64,000 bases of DNA, from NCBI GenBank assembly GCA_963848295.1, contig CAWKDB010000010.1, positions 3,616,001 to 3,680,000 of the forward strand, written 5' to 3'. The notes below the pieces were generated by a model. The model had not been told where the DNA came from. It worked only from the letters and a program-made list of their open reading frames with translations, and made no database searches. Positions 59,113-64,000 of the stretch are shown in pieces (position 1 is the stretch's first letter; the number at the start of each line of letters is the position of its first letter). Source of the stretch: an uncultured delta proteobacterium (lineage in GTDB: Bacteria; Myxococcota_A; Polyangia; Haliangiales; Haliangiaceae). The position numbers and the translations under genes were made by a program.

Positions 59113-61752
59113 ATGCGCGCCGCCTTCGTCCTGACCGTCGCGGTCGCGTGCGCGCCGGCGGTCGCGCCGGATCCGGTCGCGCCACGTCCGGTCACGAGTG
59201 ATCCGCCGCCGCCGGGCCTGCGCTTGCCACGCGACGTCGTGCCGGTTCGCTACGCGCTCGAGCTGACGATCGCGCCGGACAGCACGCGCGCCGCCGGCGC
59301 GGTCGCGATCGCCGCGACCGTCGTGAAGCCGGCGCGAGTCGTCTGGCTGAACGCGAGCGAGCTCGACATCACGCACGCCACGCTCGCCGGCCACGCGGTC
59401 CGCGTGATCCACGGCGCCGACGTGATCGGGCTCGTCGCCGACACCGAGCTCCCGGTCGGGCCGCTCGCGGTCGCCGTGGCGTTCACCGCAAAGATCGATC
59501 ACGAACGCAGCCGCGGCATCTACGCCGAAGCCGAAGGCGGCGCGACCTACGCCTACACGTACTTCGAGCCCCTCGACGCGCGGCGTGCGTTTCCGTGCTT
59601 CGACGAGCCTGCGTTCAAGGTGCCCTGGCAGATCACGTTGCACGTCGCGCGCGATCACGTCGCGCTCGGCAACGCGCCGGTCGTCCGCGAGGTCGACGAG
59701 CCGAACGGGATGAAGCGAGTCGAGCTCGCCGAGTCTGAGCCGCTGCCGAGCTATCTCGTCGCGTTCGTCGTCGGGCCGTTCGACGTGGTCGACGGCGGGA
59801 AGACCGGCCGGGCCGGAACGCCGATTCGCTTCATCGTGCCGAAGGGCCGCGCGGGCGAGCTCGGCTGGGCAGAGCGCACGACGCCGCCGATCGTCGCCGC
59901 GCTCGAGGATTACTTCGCGATGCCCTATCCGTACCGCAAGCTCGATGTCGCGATCGTGCCGCGCTACTGGGGCACGATGGAGCATCCCGGGATCGTCGCG
60001 ATGGGCCAGTCGCTCGCGCTGATCCGGCCCGAGCAGGCGACGTTCGAACGCCGGCTCGGCTACACCGATATCCTCGCGCACGAGCTCGCGCACTACTGGT
60101 TCGGCGACTACGTGACGCTCGCGTGGTGGGACGACACGTGGCTCAACGAAGCGCTCGGCGAATGGATGGACATGACCATCACGGACTCGGTCGAGCCGAG
60201 CTGGCGCTATCGCGATCGCCGCGTCGAGCTCGCGAACCGCGCGATGCTCGCGGACGAGACGACGACGGCGCGGGCGATGCGCCGGCCGGTGATGACCCGC
60301 GAGGCGGTCGAACGCTCGTTCGACGCCGACATCACCTACTACAAGGGCGCCTCGGTGATCCGGATGTTCGAGGCGTTCGTCGGCCGCGAGGCATGGCGGA
60401 CGTTCATCTCGCATTATCTCGCCGCGCACGCGTGGGGCAATGCGACCGGCGACCAGTTCTTCGCGCAGATGGCGACCGATCTCGGCGCGCAAATCGCGAC
60501 CGCGTTCCAGACGTTCGTGACCCAGCCCGGTGTGCCGGCGATCAGCGTTGTCGTGAAGTGCGCGGGCCACGGCGCCACGATCGCCTTGCACCAGCAGCAA
60601 TCGCTGCCCGCGGGCGCGCCGGCGACGGAGCGGCAATGGCACGTGCCGGTGTGCGTGCGCGCCGGCGACGGCGCGTTCAGCACGCGCACGTGCGTCGAGC
60701 TCGACGCGGCCGGAGTCGAGCTGCCGGTCCAGGCTTGCCCGACCTGGGTGATCGCGAACGATGGCAACGGCTACTATCGCTCGTCGGTCGATCCCGCGAT
60801 CGCGGCGGCGCTGCTCGATCCGACGTCGCGCGTCGCCAAGGCTGCGAGACCGACCGCGGCCGAGCTCACGATGTTGATCGCCGACCTGCGCGCGATGGTC
60901 GAGCGCGACGAGCTCCCGATCGACAAGCTGCTCGCGCTCGCACCGACGATCGCGGGAGCCAGCGATCCGCATGTCGCGAGCTGGGCCGAGCACGCGATCG
61001 AGCCTCGGGCGGCTTGGCTCGACGAGCCGCTGTACCAAGCATCACGGCGCTGGCGGCTCCGGGCGTTCGGCAAGACCGCGCGTGCTCTCGGTTGGCGACG
61101 CGCGAGCACCGACGACGATCTGCGCGAGCAGCTGCGGCGCGTGATCGTGCCGTTCGTCGCGTCGGTCGATCCGTCGCTCGCGAATGAGGCCGGTGCGCTC
61201 GCCGATCGCTGGATCGCGTCGCACGACGGTGTCGCCGACGATCTCGTCGATGGCGCGCTCGCGGTGGCGGCCGAGCACGGCGATGCGGCGCGGTTCGAGC
61301 GCTATCTGGCCGCAGCCCGAGCGGCGCGCACTCACGAGGACCGCCAGCGCATCCTGACCGCGCTCGCGTCGTTCCGCGACCCGGCCCTCGTCGACCGCGC
61401 GCTCGCGCTCACGCTCGATCACGCGTTCGATCTGCGCGATGCGTATCCGATCATCACGTCCGCGGTCGGCATCCGCGAGAATCGCGACCGGGTCATCGCG
61501 TTCCTGACGCGACACCTCGACGAGCTACTCGCCGGGCTTCGCTCCGACGAGGCGAGCTGGCTGCTCGGCACGGTCGCCGAGGCGAGCTGCGATCGCGACC
61601 ACCACGATCGCCTGAGCGCGTGGCTCGTGCCGCGCGCGGCGAGGATCGACGGCGCCGCCGCGACGGTCGCTCGCGGCCTCGAGCGTGGCGAGACCTGCAT
61701 CGCCGCGCTCGCCCGCGAGCTCCCCGGTCTGCGCCGAGCGTTCACGCCGTAA
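59113..61752 (+). CDS. M1 family aminopeptidase (lipoprotein) with ERAP1-like C-terminus
   Basis: ARRAFPCFDEP, GTMEH, HELAHYWFG...WLNE, YYKG. Confidence 0.94.
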   Translation: MRAAFVLTVAVACAPAVAPDPVAPRPVTSDPPPPGLRLPRDVVPVRYALELTIAPDSTRAAGAVAIAATVVKPARVVWLNASELDITHATLAGHAVRVIHGADVIGLVADTELPVGPLAVAVAFTAKIDHERSRGIYAEAEGGATYAYTYFEPLDARRAFPCFDEPAFKVPWQITLHVARDHVALGNAPVVREVDEPNGMKRVELAESEPLPSYLVAFVVGPFDVVDGGKTGRAGTPIRFIVPKGRAGELGWAERTTPPIVAALEDYFAMPYPYRKLDVAIVPRYWGTMEHPGIVAMGQSLALIRPEQATFERRLGYTDILAHELAHYWFGDYVTLAWWDDTWLNEALGEWMDMTITDSVEPSWRYRDRRVELANRAMLADETTTARAMRRPVMTREAVERSFDADITYYKGASVIRMFEAFVGREAWRTFISHYLAAHAWGNATGDQFFAQMATDLGAQIATAFQTFVTQPGVPAISVVVKCAGHGATIALHQQQSLPAGAPATERQWHVPVCVRAGDGAFSTRTCVELDAAGVELPVQACPTWVIANDGNGYYRSSVDPAIAAALLDPTSRVAKAARPTAAELTMLIADLRAMVERDELPIDKLLALAPTIAGASDPHVASWAEHAIEPRAAWLDEPLYQASRRWRLRAFGKTARALGWRRASTDDDLREQLRRVIVPFVASVDPSLANEAGALADRWIASHDGVADDLVDGALAVAAEHGDAARFERYLAAARAARTHEDRQRILTALASFRDPALVDRALALTLDHAFDLRDAYPIITSAVGIRENRDRVIAFLTRHLDELLAGLRSDEASWLLGTVAEASCDRDHHDRLSAWLVPRAARIDGAAATVARGLERGETCIAALARELPGLRRAFTP

Positions 61753-61829
61753 AACTGCGACACGTGCGACGGCTGCGACAAGCAAACGTCGTCGTAGATC
61801 GGTTCGTCCGCGCGTGCTAACGAACCCGC

Positions 61830-63947
61830 ATGCGCATCGCTGCATCGCTGTTGTTTCTCGCCGCTGCTTGCGGTTCGAGCAAGCCGACCTCGACCACGCC
61901 GGGACCCACGCCCGAGCCAAGGCCGGCCGATACCGGTGGCTCGATCGCGAAGGGCGCGCCAGACGCCCTGGTGCAACCCGCGAAGCCGGTGACGAACAAG
62001 TCGCTGTCCGCGGTCGGACTCGATCCCGACGCGCTCGATCGCACCGCCGATCCTTGCGACGACTTCTATCAGTTCGCGTGCGGCGGTTGGGTCGCGAAGA
62101 CCGAGATCCCGGCGGACAAGCCGCTCGCGATGCGCAGCTTCGTCTCGATCGCCGATCGCAACCTCGACTACGAGCACGGCATCCTGGAGCAGGCGCGGAC
62201 GAACCCCGGCCAGGACAAGCTGCTCCAGCAACTCGGCGCGTTCTACGGCTCGTGCATGGACGAGGCGACGATCGCGAAGCAGGGGCTCAGGCCGATCCAG
62301 CCGATGCTCGCTACGATCGCGAGAGTCAAAGATGCGAAGTCGCTGTCCGCGGCGGTCGCCGCCCTGCATACCGACGGCATCGACGCGCTGTTCAATCTCT
62401 CGCAGACTCAAGACCCGGGCGATGCGCGCAGCGTGATCGCAGGGATCGACCAGGGCGGCATCGGTCTACCCGATCGCGACTACTTCCTCAAAGACGACAA
62501 GAAGATGGTCGAGGTCCGCGCGGCGTATCAAGACTACGTCGCGAAGTTGCTCGCCGAATCAGGCGACAGGACATCGGCCAAGGACGCGGCGGACGTGATC
62601 GCGCTCGAGACCGAGATCGCGAAGGTGTCGAAGGACAAGGTCGCGCGTCGCGATCCGAAGGGGACGTACAACAAGATCGACCGCGACGGCGTCGCGAAAG
62701 CGATGAGCCACTTCGATTGGAACGGCTTCTGGAAGACGCTGAACCTCGCGACGGTCAAGGACGTCACGGTGACCTCGCCCGAGTTCCTCGCGGGGGTCGA
62801 CGCGCTGATCGTCAGCACGAAGCCGGCGGTGTGGCGCAACTACCTGACCGCGACCGTCTTGCGCGCGACCGCGCCGTTCCTGACGAAGAAGCTCGACGAT
62901 CTGCGCTTCGCGTTCCGCTCGAAGCTGACCGGCCAGCAAGCGCAAGAGCCGCGCTGGAAGCGCTGTACCGAGTGGACCGACGGCGACCTCGGCGATCTGC
63001 TCGGTCAGGTGTTCGTGCGCGACAAGTTCGGCGGCGCGAGCAAGTCGGCGGCTGAAGATGAGGTCCACGCGATCGTCGCGTCGATGACCGCGAACCTCGC
63101 GGCGCTGCCGTGGATGGATCCGGCGACACGCAAGAAGGCGCTCGAGAAGCTCGACGTCATGACGTATCAGATCGGCTTCCCGAAGAAGTGGCGCAGCTAC
63201 GACTTCAAGGTCGATCCGAAGCAGTTCGCGCATAATGACCTCGTGGCGAGCCGCGCCGAGCACGCGCGCCAGCTCGCGAAGATCGGCAAGCCGGTCGACA
63301 AGGACGATTGGCAGATGTCGGCGCCGACGGTGAACGCGTATTACGATCCGCAGCTCAACGGCATGGTGTTTCCGGCCGGCATCCTGCAACCGCCGTTCTA
63401 CAGCGTCGAGTCGTCGACTCCGGTGAACCTGGGCGCGATGGGCATGGTCGTCGGCCACGAGCTCACGCACGGCTTCGACGATCAGGGTGCGCAGTACGAC
63501 GCGAACGGCAACCTGGCGAACTGGTGGCTGGCCGAGACCGAGAAGCTGTTCAAGCAGCGCACCCAGTGCGTCATCGATCAATACAGCGAGTATCCCGTGC
63601 CGGGCGGCGGCAAGGTCAACGGCCACAACACGCTCGGCGAGAACATCGCCGACATCGGCGGCTTGAAGCTCGCGTTCACCGCGTATCGCGCGCTGCGCTC
63701 GAGCGCGCCCGACACCGTCGTGGCCGACGGCTTCACCGAGGATCAGCAGTTCTTCCTCAGCTTCGGCCAGGCATGGTGCGCGAAGCTGCGGCCGGACTAC
63801 GAGCAGATGCTCGCGACCGTCGACGTTCACTCGCCGGCTCGCTGGCGGGTCAACGGTGGTCTGAGCGCGACGCCGGCCTTCGCCAAGGCGTTCCGCTGCA
63901 AAGCCGGCTCGAAGATGGCGCCCGCGAACGCGTGCGTCGTCTGGTAG
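61830..63947 (+). CDS. M13 family (neprilysin/PepO-like) metallopeptidase lipoprotein
   Basis: PCDDFYQFACG, VNAYY, HELTHGFD, GENIAD, HSP. Confidence 0.95.
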   Translation: MRIAASLLFLAAACGSSKPTSTTPGPTPEPRPADTGGSIAKGAPDALVQPAKPVTNKSLSAVGLDPDALDRTADPCDDFYQFACGGWVAKTEIPADKPLAMRSFVSIADRNLDYEHGILEQARTNPGQDKLLQQLGAFYGSCMDEATIAKQGLRPIQPMLATIARVKDAKSLSAAVAALHTDGIDALFNLSQTQDPGDARSVIAGIDQGGIGLPDRDYFLKDDKKMVEVRAAYQDYVAKLLAESGDRTSAKDAADVIALETEIAKVSKDKVARRDPKGTYNKIDRDGVAKAMSHFDWNGFWKTLNLATVKDVTVTSPEFLAGVDALIVSTKPAVWRNYLTATVLRATAPFLTKKLDDLRFAFRSKLTGQQAQEPRWKRCTEWTDGDLGDLLGQVFVRDKFGGASKSAAEDEVHAIVASMTANLAALPWMDPATRKKALEKLDVMTYQIGFPKKWRSYDFKVDPKQFAHNDLVASRAEHARQLAKIGKPVDKDDWQMSAPTVNAYYDPQLNGMVFPAGILQPPFYSVESSTPVNLGAMGMVVGHELTHGFDDQGAQYDANGNLANWWLAETEKLFKQRTQCVIDQYSEYPVPGGGKVNGHNTLGENIADIGGLKLAFTAYRALRSSAPDTVVADGFTEDQQFFLSFGQAWCAKLRPDYEQMLATVDVHSPARWRVNGGLSATPAFAKAFRCKAGSKMAPANACVVW

Positions 63948-64000
63948 TCAGCTCGACGTCGCGGCGAGCACGATCGGATCGGCGAGCTTGATCGCGGCGA

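Noticed and set aside
57802..61038. 1078-aa minus-strand ORF and similar long Arg/Ala-rich ORFs (e.g. 10969-12996, 14440-16644, 49767-51749)
   Set aside because: Antisense or off-frame shadows of well-supported genes, expected in high-GC DNA; no recognisable motifs.

Overview
High-GC (roughly 70% by eye) bacterial chromosome segment. Its gene content (several Hanks-type Ser/Thr kinases, ECF sigma factors, many Cys/Pro-rich lipoproteins) suggests Myxococcota or a related group; this is an inference. Contents in order: a metal-uptake/copper island (His-rich RGPP leader ORF, TonB-dependent receptor, Cys-rich lipoprotein, multicopper oxidase, TolC-like protein, ECF/anti-sigma pair, an unannotated 48-aa secreted Cys-rich peptide, CopZ, CopA); a GHKL/STAS signalling module; queE, nrdR and two SDRs; a citrate synthase plus an HTH-citrate synthase fusion; a four-gene multiheme cytochrome/beta-barrel operon; two HUH (Y1/RAYT-like) nucleases and an IS256 remnant; a split rpsB-tsf / pyrH-frr cluster; proS; a lipoprotein-type signal peptidase I; and M1/M13 peptidases. 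The most unusual signals are three repeat families. (A) A 57-bp double-hairpin element, stop-free in all six frames, inserted in frame into three unrelated genes in both orientations. (B) A 25-bp GGGGACGG...TG(T/A)CAACC repeat in about 65-bp-period doublets placed at gene 3' ends in the sense orientation. (C) Inverted tandem arrays bracketing one RAYT-like nuclease, whose right-hand array shares the GGGGACGG head with family B. No rRNA, tRNA or cas gene was recognised. All calls come from reading motifs by eye; no database search was run.
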